Of a DNA stretch of 64,000 nucleotides, positions 36,643 to 47,689 are shown one piece after another. The DNA comes from Callorhinchus milii (taxonomy: Eukaryota). The first letter of the stretch is position 1. Every line of letters begins with the position of its first letter. The stretch spans positions 66,590,001-66,654,000 of the forward strand of contig NW_024704742.1 of assembly GCF_018977255.1 (NCBI RefSeq), written 5' to 3'. Under the pieces are notes generated by a model. The model was not told the origin of the DNA. It ran no database searches and saw nothing but the letters and a program-made list of their open reading frames with translations. The position numbers and the translations under genes were made by a program.

Positions 36643-36962
36643 AATAATAATAATAATAATCCTTGCAATTGATATAGCACTTTTCACGTCTTCCAGATGT
36701 CTCAAAGCGCTTCACAGAATAGACTGTAAAGTGAATTGACTGTATATTTGTGGGAGAAACACGGCAGCCAATTGCACACAGCAGTGTCCCACAAACAGTC
36801 GTGGATTGAAAATGACCAATTTATTATTGTTTTTGTTTTTTTGAAGGGATTATTATTAGGTGTGGCATAAGGAAACTTGCCCAAGGTTTCGCCCTGCCTG
36901 GAATTGAACCCAGATGTCTCGTTTGCAAGGCGAGTGCTCTAACCACTGAGCTACAGGACTCC
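36643..36962 (-). mobile_element. CmiSINE-like SINE, short form, full length
   Basis: Same central deletion and GATTGAAAATGACC diagnostic as 19490 and 41252. Confidence 0.9.
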
Positions 36963-36984
36963 TAGCTACATGGATCCTTAGTTA

Positions 36985-37358
36985 TAATAATAACAATAAT
37001 AATAATCCTTACATTTGATATAGCACCTTATCATGTTGTTGAGAAGTCTCAAAGCACTTCACAGAATATATTGTAAAGTGGATTGACTGCGTATCTTATG
37101 GGTGAAACACGGCAGCCAATTGTGCACAGCCCTGTCCCACAAACAGTCGTGGATTGAGTGACTAAATTCTTTTTGAGGGATTATTACCCCTGGAAAGTGA
37201 TCCGACAATTGACTAACAACCGGGTTCCTGCTTACTACTAGGTAACCAAAGTCGTGTGGAGTAAGGAAACTTGCCTAAGGTATCGCCCTGCCTGGGAATT
37301 GAACCCAGGTCCTCTTGCGTGCAAACCGAGAGCCCTAAGCACTACTTTACAGGACTCC
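36985..37358 (-). mobile_element. CmiSINE-like SINE, long form, full length
   Basis: Head ending AGGACTCC, complete body, tail. Confidence 0.9.
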
Positions 37359-37369
37359 ATATCACAATG

Positions 37370-37727
37370 ATAATCTTCGCATTCAGTATAGCGCCTTATA
37401 TCGTCATCGAGATGACTCAAAGTGCTTCACAGAATATAATGTAAAGTGTAGTGACAGTATGCTTTATGGGCAAACATGGCAACACAGCAATGTCCCACAA
37501 AAAGCCATGGAGTGAGTGATCAATTTTATTTGGGAGATTTTTGTCCAGGACACTGGGAGTAGGAGTTGCAATCCCAGGATTTTGGAAATCATTTTTGGAA
37601 TTGCATCCCCAGCACTTCATTGGAAGTGTCAGCTGAGACTATGTGGGCTCCAAGTCCCTACTTGGGGATAGGAAGCTACAACCTTCTGACTCAGAGGCGA
37701 GAGTGCTACCCCTCATTAGGCTGACAT
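37370..37727 (-). mobile_element. Deu-domain SINE with core replaced by a short inverted-repeat filler
   Basis: Tail and head present; core replaced at ~37560-37610. Confidence 0.7.
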
Positions 37728-37819
37728 GTAGGTATTGGGAACATCAGGATTTTCAGTTACTGGGAAAGTGTGGACCCTAATTTATTGGGGAAGTTGGGAT
37801 CATGAGCTTTCGGGAAAAA

Positions 37820-38255
37820 TATATAATATAATCCTGCCATTCGATACAGAGCATTTCCATGTCAGGAGCACATCTAAAAACTTTTCACAGGATTTTCTGG
37901 AAAGTCTGCGCATTTTGTAGGTAAACGTAGCAGCCAGTTTGCGAACAGTAATGTCCCACAAACAGCCTTGATGTGAATAACCATTTTTATTGGGCGGATT
38001 GTTGGCCAGAACACTGGGAGAAGCTCCCGTCTCTTTCCAAATAGTGTCATGGGATCTTTATTGTTTACCTGAACATTCAGGAGGGACCTCAGTTTATCAT
38101 CTCAGCCAAAAGCTGCATATCCAACAATGGAGTGCACCCCCAGCTCTCTACTGGAGCATCGGCCTAGACTATGAGGTCAACAGCCTGACATGGAGCTTGA
38201 ACGCAGCAGCTTTCTGACTCTGAGGTGAGATGGTACTGACTAAGCCAAGGTGACT
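37820..38255 (-). mobile_element. Deu-domain SINE, degenerate full length
   Basis: Tail, core, head. Confidence 0.75.
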
Positions 38256-38410
38256 TTTACAAGAGAATTTGATAAATATCTGACAGGGAGAAATCTGAAA
38301 GGGTGTTTGGGGGAGGGGACTAAGATGGGAGAATGGGACCGAATGGGTCACTGTTTCAGAGCCAATGCAGGCACGGTGGCTCTCTTTCTGTGCTACAAAT
38401 TTCTATGGTT
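38250..38410 (+). mobile_element. CR1 3' end
   Basis: TFTREFDKYLTGRNLKG and TTTCTATG tail motif. Confidence 0.7.
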
Positions 38411-38489
38411 CAAAAACACTAATGGAACTATGCTTCTACAAACCTGTACAAATCTACAGACCTCTCAGCAATTGTCAAGATTGTATCCC

Positions 38490-38615
38490 CAACAACGCAG
38501 CACTGCATTGAAGTGTCAGTCTAGACTATGTGGCTTCCAAGTTCCGATATGGGGCTGGAACCCACAACCTTCTGATTTGGAGGTGGAGTGCTACCAACTG
38601 AGCCAGGCTGATGCA
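38490..38615 (-). mobile_element. Deu-SINE head fragment
   Basis: GAACCCACAACCTTCTGA..CTACCAACTGAGCCAGGCTGA. Confidence 0.8.
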
Positions 38616-38832
38616 CAGTTATTGGGAAATTCACAGATTCTTATTTATTCTTAGAGTGCGGATCTGAATTTAGTGGGAAAGCCGGGATCACGAGTCAGTC
38701 ATTTTGCAACATTTTGCTAAAAAAAAGCCCATAAACATGCTTTTTATAGGTGTTCACCGGTACATTCACTTCCTGTTTTTTGTGGGACTTTATTGTGTGC
38801 AAAGTGGCTGTCACGTTTGCCTACAAAATATA

Positions 38833-39130
38833 CAACAATAACAACAAATACATTTATATAGCGCATTTAATATTGGAAGGACACCCAAGGCACTGGACAG
38901 TTAAAGTTTTGCACCCGAGCTTGGGGTTAGAATCAAAAGTGTTGGTGTGTAGGGGAGGGGGTGCGAGTGGGAGTGTGGCTGAAAGCACAGTCAAAGAGGA
39001 AAGTCTTGAGACGGGCCTTGATGGGGGCAAGGGAGGGGGTGAGACAGAGGGATTTGGGAATGGCATTCCTGAGGGTGAAGGCAGTAAAACTGAAGGCCTG
39101 ACCATTAATGGGGGGCACGCAGAGCCAGAG
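38833..39130 (-). mobile_element. L2 3' end nested in a plus-strand SINE tail (38760-39250)
   Basis: IKARLKTFLFDCAF on minus; SINE tail resumes at ~39152. Confidence 0.8.
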
Positions 39131-40054
39131 ACATGGAGCAGGTCCGTGCATATACATACGGTCAATACACTTCACAGTAAATCGTGTGAAGCGTTTTGAG
39201 ATGCCCTTCCAATGTGAAGGCGCTGCATCAAATGTAAGGGTTGTAATAATTTTGTATTGTATGTATTGTATTGTAATGCAAGGATCGTTTCTTGTGGCAG
39301 GAATCCAGTTTGTGTCATTCAAAGAGGCAGGAGGCAGAGACCCTTAGAACTCTCTGGGATGTTAACCTGCTTGAAGGTGCTGTATAAATGCAAGTTTTTG
39401 GTGTAACACTGAAAGTTACACATTTGCTCCCAACCATAGGTTTGGCGGAGGACCAGACACTGACTAACGAAGCCAAGTGTCTAAATCACTGCAAAGCCTT
39501 TGTTACCAATAATAATAACAGTTCTCTTGCAATTTGACAATCTCCCATGGAACATGACATTCACAATGCCTGTAACAAAGGAAAACAGGTTTCTCTGAGG
39601 CAAAACTAATATCTGGTTGATTATTTAACCAGTCTTTAAAACAAAATATAAAACAGTCATACTTCTCGCTGAAAAAAAAAGCATGGCAATTTTGATGTCA
39701 ACATTTTGAAAAATGCATTTGATATCATCAGCCATTGTTGAATCCATTTAGGTACAAACTGAATTACTGGTGACAGTACTAATCTTCCGAGTGTCAGTTG
39801 TGATGAAGCAGTGGTAGGGGAGCGGGGAGTTGGAGAGGGAGAGTGGTGGGGGGGTGGAGGGGTGGTGGCAGTCAGGGTCGGGGGAATATAGCTGATCTCC
39901 CTGTTAAAACATTTAAGTCTTAAAGCCAGCTAAAAGAAAATGTCTTCTCAAAGTGGAACTTGCAACTGTACACAGGCTCATGTCTGAATCCTACTGAACA
40001 CACGACTTACACTGGAGTACTAGTATTATTAATACCCCAGTATTAAACCCACAG

Positions 40055-40200
40055 CAATCACCAGTGTACTAACCACCGCAGAGAACTAACTACCATGACA
40101 ATCACCAGTGTACTAACCACCGCAGAGTACTAACTACCATGGCAATCACCAGTGTACAAACCTTTGCGGTAATCACCACAGTACTACCCACCATGGCAAT
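40055..40200 (+). repeat. 44-bp-period minisatellite
   Basis: CAATCACCAGTGTACTAACCACCGCAGAG(A/T)ACTAACTACCATG(A/G) units starting at 40055, 40099 and 40143 (partial), then degenerate. Confidence 0.9.
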
Positions 40201-40603
40201 AATAATAATCCTTGCATTTGATATAGTGCCTTACCACGTCTTCAAGACGTCTCAAAGCGCTTCACAGAATATACTGTAAAGTGAATGGACTATACATTTT
40301 GTGGTGAAACGCAGCAACAAATTGCGGACAGCAGTGACTTTATTTTGTGGGTGAAATTGTGCATAGCAGTGTCCCACAAACAGTCATAGATTGAGTGGTC
40401 AAATTATTATTATTGTTTACTTTTTTAAAACATTTTTGAAAGGATTACTACCCCTGGAAAGCGATCTTCCAATCGACTAACAACCAGGTTCCCACATACC
40501 GTTAGGTAAACAGAAGTGTGTTGAGTAAGGAAACTTGCCCAACATTGAACCCAGGTCCTCTCGCTTGTGAGGTGAGTGCTCTCACCACTGAGCTACAGGA
40601 CTC
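40198..40603 (-). mobile_element. CmiSINE-like SINE, long form
   Basis: Head CACTGAGCTACAGGACTC; small internal duplication in the tail. Confidence 0.85.
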
Positions 40604-40622
40604 TACAATCACTGTTTGCATC

Positions 40623-40739
40623 TACAGAATGACCAAAAAATATTATTTTTCAGCCACCCTATTATCTGAAAAAAAACATCCTTTCCTTAAGATTTATTAG
40701 ACATTGTAATGGTATCACAACTTTTTGGTCCACCCTGTA
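40623..40739. mobile_element. possible Tc1/mariner-type miniature element
   Basis: TA-CAGAATGACCAAAAA versus reverse complement TA-CAGGGTGGACCAAAAA; TA at both ends. Confidence 0.45.
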
Positions 40740-41040
40740 TCCGTGCCTGAGCGCACAAGGGTGAGATTCTCCTGTCTGGAGACGTCAAGGTTATGTAGCC
40801 ACAAACTGAGCAGTAGCTCTGCACACTGACTCACTGGAATGGCCATTTGTCGCTTAATCAGTTGCTAAGTTACTGACAAGTCTTAATATAATACAACAAT
40901 CCATACATTTGATACACTGTCTATGGTAACTGCGGTCCTCCTGTTACCACTACAAGCCAAAGTCCTAAGAGGCTTGGTGATCCTAACCCCATCCTGTGCC
41001 CAATACTCGCCAGAACTGGGACTGCAGAGTAAAGAGTGTA

Positions 41041-41682
41041 CATTCCATTTCAGACACAGGGAAACTTCTTTGTTTAGGTGGCTTATATATGTGAAATTTT
41101 CAGTCTGGTTTGTATACCCTTAAGCATGGTGATGGGTTTCTGCCATGTATCAGACACGCAGGTGGCTAAGGATTATTATTATTATTTTTATCCTAAATTT
41201 TTGTCATGGGTATGCTTTTTCAATCTCATTTAACATATTATAGACCTCCAGTAATAATAATAATAATAATCCTTGCATTTGATATAGCGCTTTTCACGTC
41301 TTCTGGACGTCTCAAAGCGCTTCACAGAATATGCTGTAAAGTGAATTGATCGTATATTTGTGGGCGAAATGAGGCAGCCAATTGCGCACAGCAGTGTCCC
41401 ACAAACAGTCGTGGATTGAAAATGACCAATTTATTATTGTTTTGTTTTGTTTTGGAGGGATTATTATTAGGCGTGTGGAGTAAGGAAACTTGCCCAAGGT
41501 TTCGCCCTGCCTGGAATTGAAAGCAGGTGTCTCGCTTGCAAGGCGAGGGCTCTAACCACTGATACAGGACTGATACATGACGGAAACCCATCACCATGCT
41601 TAAGGGTATACAAACTAGACTGAGAATTTCACATATGTAAGCCACCTAAACAAAGAAGTTTCCCTGTGTCTGAAATGGAATG
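41041..41682. mobile_element. MITE-like element with 113-bp inverted arms, TA-flanked, containing a SINE
   Basis: 41041-41153 vs 41570-41682 differ at 5 of 113 positions; TA at 41039-41040 and 41683-41684. Confidence 0.8.
41252..41570 (-). mobile_element. CmiSINE-like SINE, short form, near full length
   Basis: Near-consensus and CpG-rich; short-form diagnostics. Confidence 0.9.
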
Positions 41683-41699
41683 TACAGTGTAGGTTATTT

Positions 41700-41885
41700 A
41701 ACAACAATAACAACAAATTGCATTTATATAGCGCCTTTCATGTTGGGAGGATGTTCCAAGGTGCTAGTAAAGAGTTTGCATCTGAGCTGATGTTTGGAGT
41801 CAAAAGAGGTGGGGGTGGGAGTTTGACCAAAGGCACGATCAAAGAGGAAGGTCTTGAGACAGGCCTTGAAGGAGGCAAGAGAGGG
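41700..41885 (-). mobile_element. L2 3' end
   Basis: SFKACLKTFLFDRAF on minus, (CAA)n. Confidence 0.8.
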
Positions 41886-42004
41886 TGTACATTCCACTGG
41901 CACCCGCTGAACCATCACAACAGCAGGTATTGAGCAGCTCTCAATGCTAATATCCCAAAGCGGTTTATAGCGATACAGAGACAATATTAATAATCATTAC
42001 ATAT

Positions 42005-42395
42005 GAGTTTATGCCTTATCTTGTCATCGAGGACGCGTCAAAGTACTTCACATGATTTTACTCGGAAGTGTAGTGACTGTAATTTACAGGGAAACGCAGC
42101 AGCCAATTTGCACACAGCAATGCCTCAGAAACAGCTGTAAAGTGAATGACCAACCTCAACTCCTTGATTGGGGGTCAGGAAACTGGGAGAAACTCCCTTC
42201 TCTTTTCAGATAGTGCCATCTTTAATGTCCACCTGGACAGGCAGATGCGACCTGGGTTTAATATCTCATCCAAGGGGTGGCACCCCCGACAATGCAGCGT
42301 TCCCCCAGCACTGCACTGCACTGGAGCAGCGGCCTGGACCAGATGACTTCAAAGTTCCAATGTGGTGCTTGAACCCACAACCTTCTGATTTAAAG
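42005..42395 (-). mobile_element. Deu-domain SINE
   Basis: Tail, core, partial head. Confidence 0.8.
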
Positions 42396-42400
42396 TTGTA

Positions 42401-42500
42401 GGCGTGCGTGCGTACGTGCATGGGTGGGTGGGTGGGTGGGTGGGTTGTTTGTTTGTTTGTTTGTTTGTTTATTGTTTGGCTTTTTATTTTTATTATTTTT
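42401..42500. repeat. compound tetranucleotide microsatellite (GCGT)/(GGGT)/(GTTT)
   Basis: Direct reading. Confidence 0.9.
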
Positions 42501-42859
42501 TGATAAGACAGAAGCCTGGGCCATGCTGCACAATATCTGCAATGCTCCTCTACGGATGGAGCTGAACTAAAATAATAGCCTTTGTGAGAGACAGGGAGAG
42601 TCTAAAATCATTGCCTTCATTGGAAAACTATAAGACCGCAACCAAGTGGGGTGGGAGGGGGAAAAGAGAGTTGGAGGGAATCCAGGATTGTGTGTGTGTC
42701 TCCCTCTCTTTCTCTCTCACTTCCGTGGCTCTGACCTTGCAGAAGTTCTGGCCTTGACGTGTGACAGTGGAGGTAGAGTGGGGGTGGGGGGGGCAGGGGA
42801 GTGATGTGGGGGTTGGTTATGGATGGAGGAGAGGAGGGACAAGAAACAAATAAAAAAAA

Positions 42860-43500
42860 TTCTCATCAGCTAGCGGTAAATTAAAATTGCCAGAGGTTGG
42901 ATATAAGAGAGAAACGGTAATTCCTTTTAAGCTGACTTTGGACACATTAATAAATTCCCCTCTTCTCGTCGCCCAAATTCCAAATGGAAAACAATTCAGT
43001 AACAAGATGAGATTTTATTTCCTATATGTTGGTGTCAGCCAGCTTTGCCACTCCGGGTCAGGAGTTATCCTGACGAGTTCCTTTTGTGTTGGTGAATTTA
43101 ATTGTTCCAGTCCCTTTCTGTTAAAGAGATCAGTAAAAACTGTTAATTTGATCAATACTTAATTTTTTCACCTACAGCTCTTTTCTTCTGCTGAGGGGTG
43201 ATAAGCAGTCAAAAGGGCAGTAGGACAAGTAAATTGTCAGAAATTTTTTCGCTCTCTTTGGGCCACTCCACCACTTAGAGTGATGTAATTTATACCACAG
43301 TAGTAGCTCTGCAATTACCCTGTCTATTGGTGTCGACAGTATCTCACTATCTTTTAAATAGATCCACCTTCAGTCGTCTAGCCAGGCACACAGTACAAAT
43401 GATGCCATTGCTCATACTGCGAGTCCTAAAGAGATAAGTTCCTTAAAGAGGGGGCCATTTATCAGCTGATACAAGCAGGATACTTACACGCTTGCTCCAT
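42860..43500. promoter_or_regulatory. candidate conserved non-coding element
   Basis: About 640 bp of repeat-free complex sequence with many TAAT/AATTA motifs, GATAAG and ATCAAT. Confidence 0.45.
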
Positions 43501-44109
43501 TGTTTAGACTTTTTTTTGCAGACTTTTTCACATTCAAGACCTAAATGGCTGCCGAGAGGCCATCGAGTCCCCCCACCATGTGTTATTGCATATCAGAAGC
43601 CCAGAGTGCGTAGTAGTCTTGCCCTTGCTGGCGGGAGGAGGTGGGTAGGAAAGTGAGAAGGGTTCCGTTGGGCAGATTACCACTACTGAACACATCCGCA
43701 ACAAGGAAGCTTGTACAATGCCTTTCCCATCAGGCGGTTGTTTCAAGGAGCTTTATGTCAGGGATCCCTGAGCAGGGAATGGAAAGAGGGGGAATTTGAG
43801 GCAGATTTAGGCACAAAGGCACGGTGAAAGAGAGAGGTTTCTAAAATGGTTTTGAAGGAGGAGAGAGAACAATAACAACAACAACTTGCAATTATATAAT
43901 GCCCTTCATAAGGGGTAGTGTCCTGGAGCACTTCAGAGAAGCTGCAAGGCAGAGGGAATTTATGTGATAATTATAGTAATCATTCCATTTGATCCAGCAC
44001 CTCATCATTGATGGGAAGCTGTCCGGCCAGTCTGAATGATGAGAGCCCACCTTATAAGTGAACCACAGCTATAAGAGTGGGGAAAGGCGTCTTATAATGA
44101 GGCATCTGC

Positions 44110-44790
44110 TCTGTGCAATTAGCTGCCGCATTTCGCCCACAGATACACAGTCATTTCACTTGACAGTATATCCTGTGAAGCCCTTTGAGACATCTAGAAG
44201 AAGTGAAAAACACTATATCAAATGCAAGGATTGTTATTATCTTCTATTGTACTACTGACAGTCCTGCCTCGCCACTGTCAAGCACTCTGGGACACGACCC
44301 TGTGTGAGGGGCGCTATATAAATGCAAGTTGTTGTTATTGTTAAGAATTTTCCTACAAAACATACAGTCACTGCACTTTGCAGTATATTCTGTGAAGCAG
44401 TTTGAGATGTCCTCCTCACGTAAAAGGTGCTAAATGACATGCAAGACAAATCACTTAATGATTTGAGGGCATCTTTAGTGGAGAAATGTCATCTATTGAA
44501 TTGTTAAATGTAACACAAGAAAACACATGCCTATAATATATCATCATTATTTATTATTATTATTAATAATAATCTGGGGATTTGATATAGCATCTAAAAG
44601 ATCCGAACATCTCAAAGCGCTTTACAGGTAAAAATTACTACCATTGTATATTTGTAGGGGAACTCGACAGCCAATTTGCACTCAAGAAAGGCCCCATGAA
44701 CACTCAAGAAAGAGGACTATTGGACAGGACACCGGGAGAAACTCCCTTCTCTAAATAAAGGGTGTCGCTAGATCCTTGACGTCCACCTAG
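44110..44790. mobile_element. cluster of SINE and L2 tail fragments
   Basis: Plus tails at 44110, 44265 (L2) and 44350; minus Deu fragment 44560-44790. Confidence 0.7.
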
Positions 44791-45057
44791 TAACAATATC
44801 TACCTTAGGTTAGAAACAAAAAGACGTATGCTGAGTAATAAATGTCAGCTCCTTTTCCCCTAGCATGGTTACATTTGTTTTCCACAGGCACAAGTTCCCT
44901 GCAGTGTTCTTCCAATGATCAACTTGACTTTCTCCTCCAGCTTTGAGAAACTCAGCGTGTTGAGTAGAAACAGTACCACATGGTACTTATTTCTTCCTTA
45001 TGGAGGAATTTCACAGGAGCACAGAGGATCACAACATGAGTTCAGATTGTTTTTTTG

Positions 45058-45170
45058 GTCAGCTGGGTGTCTGACCCATGTGGAAACCCATCACCGCACT
45101 TAAGAGTATCCAGTTAGTTGAGAGTTAGTTTTACATGTTTGTACCACCTACACATGGAAATTTCTCTGTG
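45058..45170 (+). mobile_element. solo arm of MITE-like family
   Basis: GTCAGCTGGGTGTCTGAC..GGAAACCCATCACC..CTTAAGAGTATCC..CCACCTACACATGGAAATT. Confidence 0.7.
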
Positions 45171-45185
45171 ACCGGTTAAGAATCC

Positions 45186-45375
45186 CATAAGAACATAAGA
45201 ATTTGCTCGGTGAAAGAAGATCAAGAACCACCCAGTTCGCCTTCCACCACTAATGATAGAGATATTAGATTAACAACCCCACCTGTTTTTTTTCAATGAG
45301 TCAAGTGTCCTGGCTTCAACCACCCATTCATGGCAACCTGTTCCAGTCCTTAAATCACCCTTTGGCTAAAGAAAT
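45186..45375 (-). mobile_element. CR1 3' end
   Basis: CATAAGAACATAAGAA octamer-type tail; similar to 1370-1460. Confidence 0.7.
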
Positions 45376-46324
45376 AACATACACAGTCACTGCATGAGAG
45401 AGCGATCACTCATGAAGCACTTTGAGACCTTTGGACTTGATAGGCGATGTGTCAATGGCAAGGTTTATTGTTGCTTATTGAGTTTCAAATGGTCAGAAAC
45501 AAAGACTTGTTTTTTTGTGTGTTGAAGGTGCGGGTTCTTAAACACAACAAAATGTGGTCGTGTTTTTTTTTAAAATGGTCTGATTGATCACGCCTGTCCC
45601 CAGCAAATGCAAGGAAGTCTACCTTTACATCAGGTACACAGATAAGAAGCTGATGGAGGAGAGGAAGCGTTTATATGTTGAAGGTGGCCCTTGAACTCTT
45701 CCTCCTGAATCAGCTCTTGATCTACGAGTCCTGATGTAAACTTAGACTCCTTCATGTCTCTCTAGGACAGTTGTAATCACTCGATTCACAAATAAAAACT
45801 TGATTGGGGTCAGAAACTGGGACATCCGCAACCCTGGCTCTGCTCGGGAATCGGAAACGCTGAGTCCTGATGGGAACTGGATATTGTTATTTCCACCCAC
45901 AAAATATACAGTCACTCCACTTGACAGTATATTCTGTGAAGCACTTTGAGATGTCTGAAATATGTGATCAGGCATTTTATCAAATGCAAGGATTATTATA
46001 AAGCATTCCGGCATGCTGTTCCTCGTGAAGGGCACTATATAAATGGAAGTTGTTGTTGTTTCTCCCCCCCACCACCTGAAACTGGGAACGCAGTCCAATA
46101 TATTTATTTAGCTAGTGTGAAAGGCTTCATATTAGTGCAAGTTCTTGAGATTGTCAGCCTCTCCATTGCCACTGCACAGAGCCGTTTCCCCCTCTCAAAA
46201 TTGATGTCATCACGTTCCCCCACATACAACCACCCCTCACTGAACCCTCCACTCTCTCCAGCTGCTGACCACCGCCCCTCCAATCCAAACTGCCCTTTCT
46301 CTCCAAGGTGCCTGATCTTCATTC

Positions 46325-46535
46325 ATTCCTTTCCCACTTTTTCAAGATCCTCACATTCGTCTATAAATCCCTTCATGCCCTGGCACCCCCCCTGCTTACT
46401 GACCTGCTTACTCCCCACTCCACCACTCACCACCTCCACTTGACTAGCTCCAGCTTCCTGCTTGTTCCTCATAAGTGGCCATGCTTTCAGCCACTATGCC
46501 CTGAAACTTTGGAACTGCCTCTACACATCCCTCCA
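46325..46535 (+). mobile_element. L2 3' fragment
   Basis: FKILTFVYKSLHALAPP; GHAFSHYALKLWN. Confidence 0.8.
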
Positions 46536-47139
46536 ATATGGCATCTGTAATCAGGGCGCCCTCTGTCTTATTGTCCGCCTCAATACTGTCAACCATCATT
46601 CTCCACCATGTCTCCTCGCTGTTCTACTTCCATGGTTCTATTCTTTCCTGGTTTCACTGTTTCCTATCCAGGTGTCTTCATTCACCTCTTCCAATAACTT
46701 CTTCCACCTCCACACAATCACATCCAAGGACCAGCATTTGCCCTCTTCCCACCACACACCATCTCAGGACCAGCAAAAGCTTGTTGCTCAGTTGGACATT
46801 GAACAAATATTTCATTGAATACCATTCATGGAATGTCCTAGCCAACAATACTCCAGAAAAATTGGTCTCTCACCTCCTGGCTATTTGTGGGACTTCACTG
46901 GATGAAGTAGCTGTGGAGTGTGCCTGCAAATACACAGTCACAGACTTGACAGTGATTTCCAGTGGAGCGAGTTGAAATGTTTCAATTCATAGGTGCGAGG
47001 TCAAAAGGAAAAACACAAGGATAATTTTCTTTATAACACTCTCCTATCAACCTACTCCACCTCCTGGACCTGGGAATAAGCGCACGGACCTAGCAGGCGA
47101 TTCCTTTTTTCAGGCGACAGAAATAAATGGCTCTTTATA

Positions 47140-47520
47140 ACAATAACAGCTTGCATTTATATAGTGGCTGTCACACGGAGTCTGATGCCAACCCAGTGGG
47201 AGGGGAAATGACTATAAGCACAGTCCAAGTGGAAGGTCTTCAGGAGTGATCTGAAAATGGGTGAGTAGGGTGCAAGGTTGAGCGAGAGCTTTCTAAGGTT
47301 TGTGAGCATAGTGGCTGAAAGCACGGCTGCTGATTGTGGTGTAGAGGAGAAGAGATACAAGCAGGAGGCCGGAGCCAGCTGAGCGGAGATGGTGGGTGGG
47401 GGAGTAGGGAGTAAGCAAGTTGGAGAGGTAGGGAAGTATGAGGGCATGAAGGGATTTGTAGACGAGTGTGAAGATCTTGAAGTGTATGCCTATTTGTGAT
47501 GGAGAACTAGTGGAGCCTGG
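47140..47520 (-). mobile_element. L2 3' end
   Basis: IFRSLLKTFHLDCAY on minus; reverse-complement similarity to 46325-46535. Confidence 0.8.
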
Positions 47521-47689
47521 CGAGGACTGGTGTGATGGGGGTAGGTTGGCTTTAAAGCAAATGAACAGAAAGCAGCCAGTGCGACACTGCTGAGCAGAGG
47601 AAAGGAATAAAGCATGGAAATGAGTTCTCCTCCCGCTTTCCTTCCCCCCCCCACCCCCGCCTCACTGTCTGTCCGTCTATCCATCCAAT

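Noticed and set aside
39810..39890. G-quadruplex regulatory element
   Set aside because: Similar G/C-run tracts are scattered throughout the window, so this one is not distinctive
40055..40200. CRISPR array
   Set aside because: Whole units repeat with no unique spacers; eukaryotic context and no cas genes
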